The notes under the pieces: model-generated
The model's database searches: none
What the model saw: the letters and a program-made list of their open reading frames with translations, nothing else
What the model was told of the DNA's origin: nothing
Program-made: the position numbers and the translations under genes
Source: Thermoplasmatota archaeon
GTDB lineage: Archaea > Thermoplasmatota > Thermoplasmata > UBA10834
Length of the DNA stretch: 51,533 bases
Direction of reading: 5' to 3'
NCBI GenBank assembly: GCA_022848805.1
Contig: JAJISI010000002.1
Span: 1-51,533, forward strand
In this document: positions 29,125 through 36,738 of the stretch, in pieces
Layout: the number at the start of each line of letters is the position of its first letter
Position numbering within the stretch: the first letter of the stretch is position 1

Positions 29125-30138
29125 TCACCCCTTCCTCTTGCGCTCCTTCACAGTCCTCTTGAGGAGGGACTTGGGGAGCGTGAAGGCGTAGAAAGTCCCG
29201 ATCGGGTCTTTCACCTGCATCATAAGTTCCATTATCTGCTCCTCACTTAACTTTGACTCCGAATCCGTGATGTTGAGGATCGAAGCTAGCGCGCTCAGCA
29301 TGCTACCTCCGTGGTCCATGACGGCCTTCGTCGGGCCCATGCAACCCCTACAGGGCATGTTGGCGACCGGGCACATCGCACCACAGCCCGCGCGCGTCGC
29401 GGGCCCTATGCATATTATGCCCTGGTCCAAGAGGCACTTCTTGGGATCCGCTTTGATCTCATACGCCTGATATATCCTGTCGATGGTTTTGCCCTTCTCG
29501 ACCCTCTCGCGGTCGCACTCGTCGCAGAGCGTCTTGTCAGATGCGATGACAGTGCCCTTCGGCGGCAGAGGCGCCCCCTCCTTCACGTGCTTCAAGAGAG
29601 CACCGACCGCCACCATGATGAGGTCGACCGTGGGCGGACAACCCGGCATGAAGTAATCGACATCCACGACCTCGTCCAGAGTCTTCACGGTGTCGTAGAA
29701 TTCCGGCAGGGTCAACTCTCCCTCCGGCACCATCACACTCGTCTGCGGCGTCACGAAATCGGGATTGTCGGTCGACTCGGTGTCCTTGTAGACTGTCTGG
29801 AAGACCTCCTCCTTGTTCGTCACGTTCGCGAGGCCGGGTGTTCCGCCGAAGCATGCGCACGATCCGAAGCTTATCATTATGACGGATTTCTCCCTCAGCA
29901 CCTTCGCGACGTGCTCGTTCTCGCTGTTCCTTATGGCGCCGTTGTAGAACGCTACCGTGATCGACTTGTCCGGCATCTGCTCCAATTCGTGTAGCTTGCC
30001 GTCGAAACCTATCGGCCAGAACACCACATCGGCTATGGCGTGCAAATCCAGTATCTTTGCGTCTATGTCCAGGAGCGCGACGTCGCATCCCCCGCAACCC
30101 GCGCCCCAGTACTGCGCGATCTTGATCTTATCTGCCAT
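29125..30138 (-). CDS. mvhG: Group 3c hydrogenase small subunit
   Basis: Start placed at MADKIK after GGAGGTGA. Motifs CGGC, FGSCACFGG, MPGCPP, LCDEC and CLL..G.IC.GPATRAGC.A.CP..NMPCRGC.GP. Confidence 0.94.
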   Translation of the reverse strand: MADKIKIAQYWGAGCGGCDVALLDIDAKILDLHAIADVVFWPIGFDGKLHELEQMPDKSITVAFYNGAIRNSENEHVAKVLREKSVIMISFGSCACFGGTPGLANVTNKEEVFQTVYKDTESTDNPDFVTPQTSVMVPEGELTLPEFYDTVKTLDEVVDVDYFMPGCPPTVDLIMVAVGALLKHVKEGAPLPPKGTVIASDKTLCDECDRERVEKGKTIDRIYQAYEIKADPKKCLLDQGIICIGPATRAGCGAMCPVANMPCRGCMGPTKAVMDHGGSMLSALASILNITDSESKLSEEQIMELMMQVKDPIGTFYAFTLPKSLLKRTVKERKRKG

Positions 30139-30140
30139 GT

Positions 30141-30524
30141 TCAGCTCACCTCCTTGGTCGAAGTGTCGCTCCTCGGGACCGCCTTGTACTGCGGCGACTG
30201 TCCAGTCATGCCGACCTGCTCGATCTGCCTCCATCGCTTGAGGGCGATGACGTGCTTGACTATCTCGGGCTTCGGCAGACCCGTCGCGTCGTGCAGCTCG
30301 TGCACGGTCTGTGGGCCGGCCTCCATCTGCAGCAGGAGCATGTTCCTCTCGAGCTCCACCGAGGCCGCCTTCTCCAGTATGAAGCTGTAGCGGGCGTCGG
30401 TGATCGTCTCGCCGAACACGTTCTCGGATGTCGTCAGCGACTCCTTCTTGCCAAGCAGCCACCGTATCCGCTCTCCCTCGAGCGTCCTGAGCGCCGCATG
30501 TATCTTTACCTCCCTCGGGTTCAT
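30141..30524 (-). CDS. Uncharacterised MvhD-associated protein with C-terminal winged-helix-like region
   Basis: Fills the gap between mvhD and mvhG. Aligns without gaps over ~110 aa to the C-terminal extension of the MvhD at 34023-34850. Confidence 0.85.
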   Translation of the reverse strand: MNPREVKIHAALRTLEGERIRWLLGKKESLTTSENVFGETITDARYSFILEKAASVELERNMLLLQMEAGPQTVHELHDATGLPKPEIVKHVIALKRWRQIEQVGMTGQSPQYKAVPRSDTSTKEVS

Positions 30525-30526
30525 CC

Positions 30527-30988
30527 TCAGTCACCGCCTCCCATGGGGGATGGGCCGATCTCCTCTATCGTCTTAGTGAAGCTGACCATCGTCTTCTGGA
30601 ACTTCTCGCCCTCTCCGGCGGATATCCACTCGAGGCGCAGTCTGTCCGGATCGAACCCGAACTGCTGGATCAGCATCCTCAGCAACGCGATTCTCCTGCG
30701 CGTTCTGTAGTTGCCGCCTATGTAGTGGCAATCTGCCGGGTGGCAGCCTGCGACTAGGACGCCATCTACTCCCTTCTGGAACGCTCTCAGGACGAACTCA
30801 GGGTCCACTCTGGCCGAGCACATGACCCGTATCACTCTGAAGTGCGGCGGCATCTGTAGCCTGCTGACGCCTGCGAGGTCCGCGCCTGCGTACGAGCACC
30901 AGTTGCAGCAGAAGACGATTATCTTCGGTTCGAAGTCGTCGCCCTCGGCCTTCTCCTGGCTCTGGGCGTTCGGCGTTGCGCTGCTCAT
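30527..30988 (-). CDS. mvhD: MvhD [2Fe-2S] subunit
   Basis: Motifs [31 protein letters not shown] and WISAGEG.KF. Confidence 0.95.
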   Translation of the reverse strand: MSSATPNAQSQEKAEGDDFEPKIIVFCCNWCSYAGADLAGVSRLQMPPHFRVIRVMCSARVDPEFVLRAFQKGVDGVLVAGCHPADCHYIGGNYRTRRRIALLRMLIQQFGFDPDRLRLEWISAGEGEKFQKTMVSFTKTIEEIGPSPMGGGD

Positions 30989-33900
30989 TGCTTCACCTCC
31001 TGCTTGTCCGCGGTCTCCTCTAGCGCCGCATCTATCATCGCTACGATCTGCTCGTCACTGAAGCCCTTCTGGGTCAGCGCGCCTGAGGGGCAGGCGCCGA
31101 TGCACGCCCCGCAACCTTTGCAGAGGCCCACGTTGACATCCACGAGCTTCTTCCCCTCCTCTTTCTCGTTAGGGACGATCTCGAGCGCCTTGTACTCGCA
31201 CGTCGGGACACATAATCCGCAGCCGTCGCAGAACGTCTCGTCGAGGCTCGCTACGATGCCCTCCGCCTCGAGGGTCGTCTTCGACAGCACAGTCATCGCG
31301 CGCGAGACGGTGGCCAGGCCTTGGCCGATGCACTCGTCCAGGAACTTCGGCCCGTGCGCTAGACCTGCGACGTACACTCCCTCCGTGGCGAAGTCGACCG
31401 GCCTGAGTTTCATGTGCGCCTCGAGGAAGAATCCCTCCTTCATGATGGGTACCTTCAGCATCGGCGCGAGTTCCTCGGAGCCGTCACTCGGCCGCGTGCC
31501 CGTGGCGAGCACCAAGTTGTCGGGCGTGAGCACGACCTCCTTGTCAGTGTCCTCATCCGTCACGCGCACCTCTATCTTGCCGCCCTTGTCTTCGACCACC
31601 GGCTTGGCGTCGTCATCGAACCTTATGAAGGTCACGCCCTTCTCGGCAGCCTCCTTGTAGTACTTCTCGCGGAAGCCGTAGGTTCTGATGTCTCTGTAGA
31701 GAACGAATACCTTCGCGTCGGGGTCTTTTTCCTTGATCTTGATCGCCGCGGTCATCGTGCCCGCACAGCACACGCGCGAGCAGTTCGGGTGCCCGTCCTC
31801 TCGCGAGCCGACACATTGGATGAACACGTACGAGTCCCCTTTCGCCTCGCCCCTCTTGAGCTTGGCCTTGAACTCGAGCAGGGTCATCACGCCTGGGTTC
31901 TTGCCGTAGAGGTACTCGCCATCCGGTTTGTACTCCTGCCCTCCGACGGCTAATGTGACCGTGCCGTGCTCTATCTCCTCGCCGGACTCGAGCGTGGTCT
32001 TGAAGTTGCCGACATACCCGTCGATGTCCTTGATCGTCTTACCGATGTAGGTCGTTATATTCGGGTCGGATGTGACCTCCTTCGCGAGTGACTGGACGTA
32101 CTCCATCGGGTCGTCCCCGGACTGGAGGTAGTGCAGCTTGAGCAGGTTGCCGCCCAGCTCCTTCTCCTTCTCGACCAGGTGTACCTTCACACCCTGCTTC
32201 GCCAGCTCGAGAGCCGTCACCATGCCGACCGCGCCGCCACCGACCACTAACGCCTGCTGGTTGACATCGATTGTCAGGTTCTCCAGCGATTCCAGCAACC
32301 GGGACTTCGCGACTGCCATGCGCACGAGGTCTTTCGACTTCTTCGTCGCAGCGGTGGGCTCGTGCATGTGTATCCACGAACATTGGTCCCGTATGTTCGC
32401 CATCTCGAACAGGTACGGGTTGAGCCCAGCCTCCTTGATGGTGTTCTGGAACAGCGGTTCGTGCGTCCTGGGCGTGCAGCTCGCGACGACCACCCTGTTC
32501 AGGTTGTGCTCCTTCACCATCTGCTTGATCTTCTCCTGTGTGTCCTGTGAGCAGGTGTACAGGTTCTCCTCAGTGTACACCACATTCGGAAGGGACTTCG
32601 CGTACTCAGCCACCGACGGCACATTGACCACGCCGCCTATGTTGATCCCGCAGTGACACACGAACACGCCTATCCGTGGCTCCTGCTCCGAGACGTCTGT
32701 CTCGGCGGGATACTCCTTCTTCGTGACGAGCGTGTTCCTGGCCGAGGAGATCTCGGACGCGGCCTTCGCCGCCGCCCCACTCGCCTCCGCGACTGTCATC
32801 GGAATGTCCTTCGGAGACGAGAACGCGCCACTGACGAACACTCCTGGTCGGGATGTGCTGACCGGGGTGAACGCGCCAGTCTCGCAGAAACCGTCGTCGT
32901 TCAGGCTGAAATTCATGACCTTGCTGAGCGCCTCGGCATCCTCCGGAGGCCTCAGACCCACCGCCAGCACGACCAGCCCGAACTCCTCCTCCTTGGGCTC
33001 TCCCTTCTCCACGTAACTGACTATCAGATTCTTCGTTTCCGGGTCCTCGAACACAGACGCAACCCTGGAACGGACGAACTCGATGCCGTACTCGTCCTTG
33101 GCCCTGTTGTAGTACTCCTCGAACTCCTTCCCGAAGGTTCTCATATCCATGAAGAATATCTTGGGTTTGATGTTCCCGCCGTGCTCCTTGGCTATGATGG
33201 CCTCCTTGATGGAGTACATGCAGCAGACGCCGGAACAGTACTCGTTACCGACCTTCTCGTCCCTCGAGCCTACGCATTGAATGAACGCTATCTTCTCGGG
33301 TATGTCTCCGTCCGAAGGTCTCAAGACCGTGCCGAAGTGCGGTCCTGTGGCGCTGAGTATCCTCTCGAGCTCGATGCTCGAGACGACGTTCTGGTACACG
33401 CCGTACCCGTACTCCGCCTTCAACCGCGGGTCGAACTCGTCGAAGCCAGGCGATACGATGATCGAGCCGACCTTGATCTCGAAATCCTTCTCCTTCTGGT
33501 CGTAGTCGACCGCGTCGGCCTTGCACTCCTCCGCGCATATGCCGCACCCGATGCACTTGTCCTGGTCGATCGAGTATACGAGGGGCACTGCCTGCGGGTA
33601 CTTGACGAATATCGCCTTCCGCACCTTCGTGTTCTCGTTGTACTCGTCAGTCGTCTCTATCGGGCACTTCTGGGCGCAGCTGCCACAGCCCGTACACTTC
33701 GAAGCGTCCACTCTGAGCGCCCTCTGCTTGCCGGTCACCGTGAAGTTGCCTTCCTGTCCGTCGACTTTGACGATGTCCGCGTTCGTTATCAGCTCGATGT
33801 TGTGGTGTCTCCCGGTCGCGACGAGCTTCGGGGCCATGATGCACATGGCGCAGTCGTTCGTCGGGAAGGTCTTGTCGAGCTGGGCCATCGCGCCGCCTAT

Positions 33901-34026
33901 GCTCGGCTGCTTCTCGACCAGGTACACCTTGAATCCTGAGTCGGCCAGGTCCAGCGCCGACTGCAGGCCTGAGATGCCCCCTCCGACGACCATGACCGCT
34001 CCGGTCTTGTCACTAGCTGCCATCAC
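30985..34026 (-). CDS. hdrA: Tandem (single-chain double) HdrA-like flavoprotein
   Basis: Two TrxR-like FAD modules (VVGGGISG; VVGGGAVG), FPTNDCAMC, an inserted ferredoxin, two QCVGSR...CC motifs, an internal CHCG domain and a C-terminal ferredoxin. Confidence 0.93.
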   Translation of the reverse strand: MMAASDKTGAVMVVGGGISGLQSALDLADSGFKVYLVEKQPSIGGAMAQLDKTFPTNDCAMCIMAPKLVATGRHHNIELITNADIVKVDGQEGNFTVTGKQRALRVDASKCTGCGSCAQKCPIETTDEYNENTKVRKAIFVKYPQAVPLVYSIDQDKCIGCGICAEECKADAVDYDQKEKDFEIKVGSIIVSPGFDEFDPRLKAEYGYGVYQNVVSSIELERILSATGPHFGTVLRPSDGDIPEKIAFIQCVGSRDEKVGNEYCSGVCCMYSIKEAIIAKEHGGNIKPKIFFMDMRTFGKEFEEYYNRAKDEYGIEFVRSRVASVFEDPETKNLIVSYVEKGEPKEEEFGLVVLAVGLRPPEDAEALSKVMNFSLNDDGFCETGAFTPVSTSRPGVFVSGAFSSPKDIPMTVAEASGAAAKAASEISSARNTLVTKKEYPAETDVSEQEPRIGVFVCHCGINIGGVVNVPSVAEYAKSLPNVVYTEENLYTCSQDTQEKIKQMVKEHNLNRVVVASCTPRTHEPLFQNTIKEAGLNPYLFEMANIRDQCSWIHMHEPTAATKKSKDLVRMAVAKSRLLESLENLTIDVNQQALVVGGGAVGMVTALELAKQGVKVHLVEKEKELGGNLLKLHYLQSGDDPMEYVQSLAKEVTSDPNITTYIGKTIKDIDGYVGNFKTTLESGEEIEHGTVTLAVGGQEYKPDGEYLYGKNPGVMTLLEFKAKLKRGEAKGDSYVFIQCVGSREDGHPNCSRVCCAGTMTAAIKIKEKDPDAKVFVLYRDIRTYGFREKYYKEAAEKGVTFIRFDDDAKPVVEDKGGKIEVRVTDEDTDKEVVLTPDNLVLATGTRPSDGSEELAPMLKVPIMKEGFFLEAHMKLRPVDFATEGVYVAGLAHGPKFLDECIGQGLATVSRAMTVLSKTTLEAEGIVASLDETFCDGCGLCVPTCEYKALEIVPNEKEEGKKLVDVNVGLCKGCGACIGACPSGALTQKGFSDEQIVAMIDAALEETADKQEVKQ
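32305..32504. repeat. Near-identical segment shared with 42514-42713 (paralogous tandem hdrA genes)
   Basis: Identical blocks at offset 10209: 27 nt (32305-32331), 29 nt (32381-32409), and 65 nt with one mismatch (32440-32504). Confidence 0.8.
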
Positions 34027-34850
34027 TGCTCACCCCCGATCTCGATGGTCTTGTAGAGCGGTGTGAACCCCTCCGGATGCTCCATCGCGATCATGCTGTT
34101 CTGTCTGAGTAGGACGATGTGCCTGAGGACCCTGTCCGTGGGCACCTCCATGACCATGCCCAGCTGTTTCACCGACATGGGTCTTATCCGTGCCAGCTCG
34201 AGTATAAGTGCCCTCTCGAACTCCTCCTCCGTGGCGACATCTATGATGCCGGTGAGTTTCTCAGGATCGACCGTGTCACCGTACGCATTCCCCTTGCTCA
34301 GGAGGTTGAACTCCTTCCCGACCAGGGCCTTCAGTCTGAATGTTTCGGAGGCGTCGTCAGCGGCTGCGACCTTCGCCTTCACCATATCATCCGTATGTAC
34401 CTTGCTCGGCCCCAGCTTCTGGATCTCTTCGGTGAATTCCGTCACGACCTTGGAGAACTTCTCTCCCTCGGACGCCGAGACCCATTCGAGCCTCAGCCGG
34501 CCCTCCTCGATCCCCGCTTCTCTGAGCAGCCTCTTCATCAGATTCACGCGCTTCTCCGTGTGGTAATTGCCCGTCATGTAGTGACAGTCGTTCAGGTGGC
34601 ATCCTCCAACGAGGATGCCGTCGGCACCGGCCTCGAGGACGTCGAGTACGATGTGCGGGCTCACCCTCGTGGAGCACATCACCCTGACGAGGCGGATGTT
34701 CGTCGGGTACTGGAACCTGCTGACGCCGCATAGATCGGCGCCTGCGTACGAGCACCAGTTGCACAGGAAGCCGACGATCTTCGGCTCCCATTCCTTGTCG
34801 GCCTCGGCCTCCTTCTTGCCGTGATGAGCGGTGTGATGCTTCTCCGTCAT
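34023..34850 (-). CDS. mvhD: MvhD fused to a C-terminal winged-helix-like domain
   Basis: Motifs [28 protein letters not shown] and WVSASEG, followed by a ~115 aa extension homologous to the 30141-30524 product. Start placed at MTEKHH. Confidence 0.9.
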   Translation of the reverse strand: MTEKHHTAHHGKKEAEADKEWEPKIVGFLCNWCSYAGADLCGVSRFQYPTNIRLVRVMCSTRVSPHIVLDVLEAGADGILVGGCHLNDCHYMTGNYHTEKRVNLMKRLLREAGIEEGRLRLEWVSASEGEKFSKVVTEFTEEIQKLGPSKVHTDDMVKAKVAAADDASETFRLKALVGKEFNLLSKGNAYGDTVDPEKLTGIIDVATEEEFERALILELARIRPMSVKQLGMVMEVPTDRVLRHIVLLRQNSMIAMEHPEGFTPLYKTIEIGGEQ

Positions 34851-34854
34851 GTCC

Positions 34855-36732
34855 TCACACCTCCTCCAAGGCCGCTTTGGCCTCCGCAAGCAGCTGCTGA
34901 TCCGTGTAGTGTGTCATGGTGATGGCATTCTCTGGGCAGGTGGCGCCGCAGCAACCACAGCCCTTGCACGCTGCGGCAATCACCTCGGTGACGCCCTCCT
35001 CGTTCTTCCTCAGGGCGCTGTACGGGCACGCTTCGACGCATGTCCCGCAGCCGCTGCATTTCGCCTCGTCGATTCTTGAAGTGAGCGCCTCGGCCTGGAC
35101 GAACCCGTTCGCAAGAGGTATCACTGCCCTCGAAGCAGCAGCAGCAGCTTGAGAGACGGCCTCCGTGATGTCGGCCGGTCCTCTGCAAGCCCCGCAGACG
35201 TACACTCCATCGGTCGCGAAGTCCACCGGTCTCAGTTTGACATGCGCCTCTTGGAAGAAGCCGTCTTGTCCGAGCGGGACCTTGAGCAGCTGCGATAGCG
35301 TGGCAGCGTCTGGCTGGGCCACGAGCGGAGTCGAGAGTATGACCAAGTCAACGGGCATCGTCCTCTCCATCTTCAGCGTCTCGTGGAAGTATCCGACTTC
35401 GAGCTTCCCGTCCTTGACGGATACCTTCGGAAGGTTGTCCGGCAGGTATCTGATGAACTTGACTCTCTTCTCCCTGGCTTTGTTGAACTCGAGCTCGTGT
35501 TCGACGCCGTACGCCATGACGTCCCTGTTGAACACCGTGACCTCGACACCACTGGACGGAGCAGCTGCCTCCTCACCGCCCTCATCCTCGTCACGCCGGC
35601 CTCTGCCCCGCCTTCTGCGCCTTCTTTCAGACCCCTCTTCCTCAGCCTTCTTCTCGGCGGTGGGTTCTTCCACGACCTCTCCCGTCTCTGCTGCCTTCTC
35701 CTCGGTCACGCCGAGCATGTTATCGCGGTTCTCGGCAATGTTCATCGCGCTCTTGATCGCGACGTTGCAGCAGATTCTGGAGCAGTACGAGACCGTCTGT
35801 CCTCTCGCACCAACGCACTGTATGAAAGCGACGCTTTTCAGCTTGGGCAGCTCCTTCTTGTTGCAGAGTTCCTCGAACTCTGTGGATGTTATGACGTTCG
35901 GGTGTTCCTTGTATCCGAACAGCCCCTCAGGTACCAGCGGCACCGCACCCGTGGCCACGATGATGGTGCCCACCTTGACTTCCTTCGCCTCAGCCCCATC
36001 CCCTCCTATGGAGACATCATAGTTGCCTATGAACCCCTCCACCGATGCGACGTGCGAGTTGAGGTGCTGGGTGATGTTCTTGTGTGCGTTCACCTTGTCG
36101 ATGAGAGGCTTGATCGTCTCGTTGGCGCTCTTGGTGGTCATCATGAGGCCGTGCAGGTTTTTCACGAACCCTCCGAGCTCCTGGTCCTTCTCGACGAGGT
36201 GCACCGGGAATTTCATGTTGGCGAGCGACAGCGCTGCCGTCATCCCGGACACGCCGCCTCCGACGACGAGCGCGGTGGGCGTGACATCGACCTTCGTCTC
36301 CTCCTGGGGTTCGAGGAACCGGGCTCTCGCAATACCCATCCTGACCAGGTCCTTCGCCTTCTGGGTCGCCTTCTCCTTCTCCTTCATGTGGACCCACGAG
36401 CAGTGCTCACGGATGTTGACAAAAGTGAACATGTACTTGTTCACGCCAGCAGCCTCGCATGTCCGCTGGAAGAGAGGTGCGTGTGTCCTGGGCGTGCAGC
36501 TCGACACGACGACTCTGTCGAGGTTGTGCTCCTTGATGCTGTCCTTGATGTTGTTGAGGCCGTCCTCGGCACATGTGTAGAGGTTGTCCGTCGCGTAGGC
36601 AACGTCCGGGAGGGTTGACGCATACTCGGTCACGGCCTTCACATCGACAAAGCCGCCTATGTTGGATCCACAGTGGCAGATGAATACTCCAATCCGTGGC
36701 TTCTCCTTCTCGGTGCTTGTGTTCTCGGGCAT
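34855..36732 (-). CDS. hdrA: HdrA-like subunit (C-terminal half of a split HdrL)
   Basis: RIGVFICHCG, SCTPRTH, NIREHCSWVH, VVGGGVSG, QCVGAR..YCSRICC and a C-terminal 2x[4Fe-4S] domain. Lacks FPTxDC and the inserted ferredoxin, like the second half of the tandem HdrAs. Confidence 0.9.
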   Translation of the reverse strand: MPENTSTEKEKPRIGVFICHCGSNIGGFVDVKAVTEYASTLPDVAYATDNLYTCAEDGLNNIKDSIKEHNLDRVVVSSCTPRTHAPLFQRTCEAAGVNKYMFTFVNIREHCSWVHMKEKEKATQKAKDLVRMGIARARFLEPQEETKVDVTPTALVVGGGVSGMTAALSLANMKFPVHLVEKDQELGGFVKNLHGLMMTTKSANETIKPLIDKVNAHKNITQHLNSHVASVEGFIGNYDVSIGGDGAEAKEVKVGTIIVATGAVPLVPEGLFGYKEHPNVITSTEFEELCNKKELPKLKSVAFIQCVGARGQTVSYCSRICCNVAIKSAMNIAENRDNMLGVTEEKAAETGEVVEEPTAEKKAEEEGSERRRRRRGRGRRDEDEGGEEAAAPSSGVEVTVFNRDVMAYGVEHELEFNKAREKRVKFIRYLPDNLPKVSVKDGKLEVGYFHETLKMERTMPVDLVILSTPLVAQPDAATLSQLLKVPLGQDGFFQEAHVKLRPVDFATDGVYVCGACRGPADITEAVSQAAAAASRAVIPLANGFVQAEALTSRIDEAKCSGCGTCVEACPYSALRKNEEGVTEVIAAACKGCGCCGATCPENAITMTHYTDQQLLAEAKAALEEV

Positions 36733-36738
36733 GTCTGT

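Noticed and set aside
30139..30534. N-terminal extension of MvhG in the ORF track (469 aa)
   Set aside because: It overlaps the real 127-aa gene in another frame. MvhG homology and an SD point to the start at 30138.
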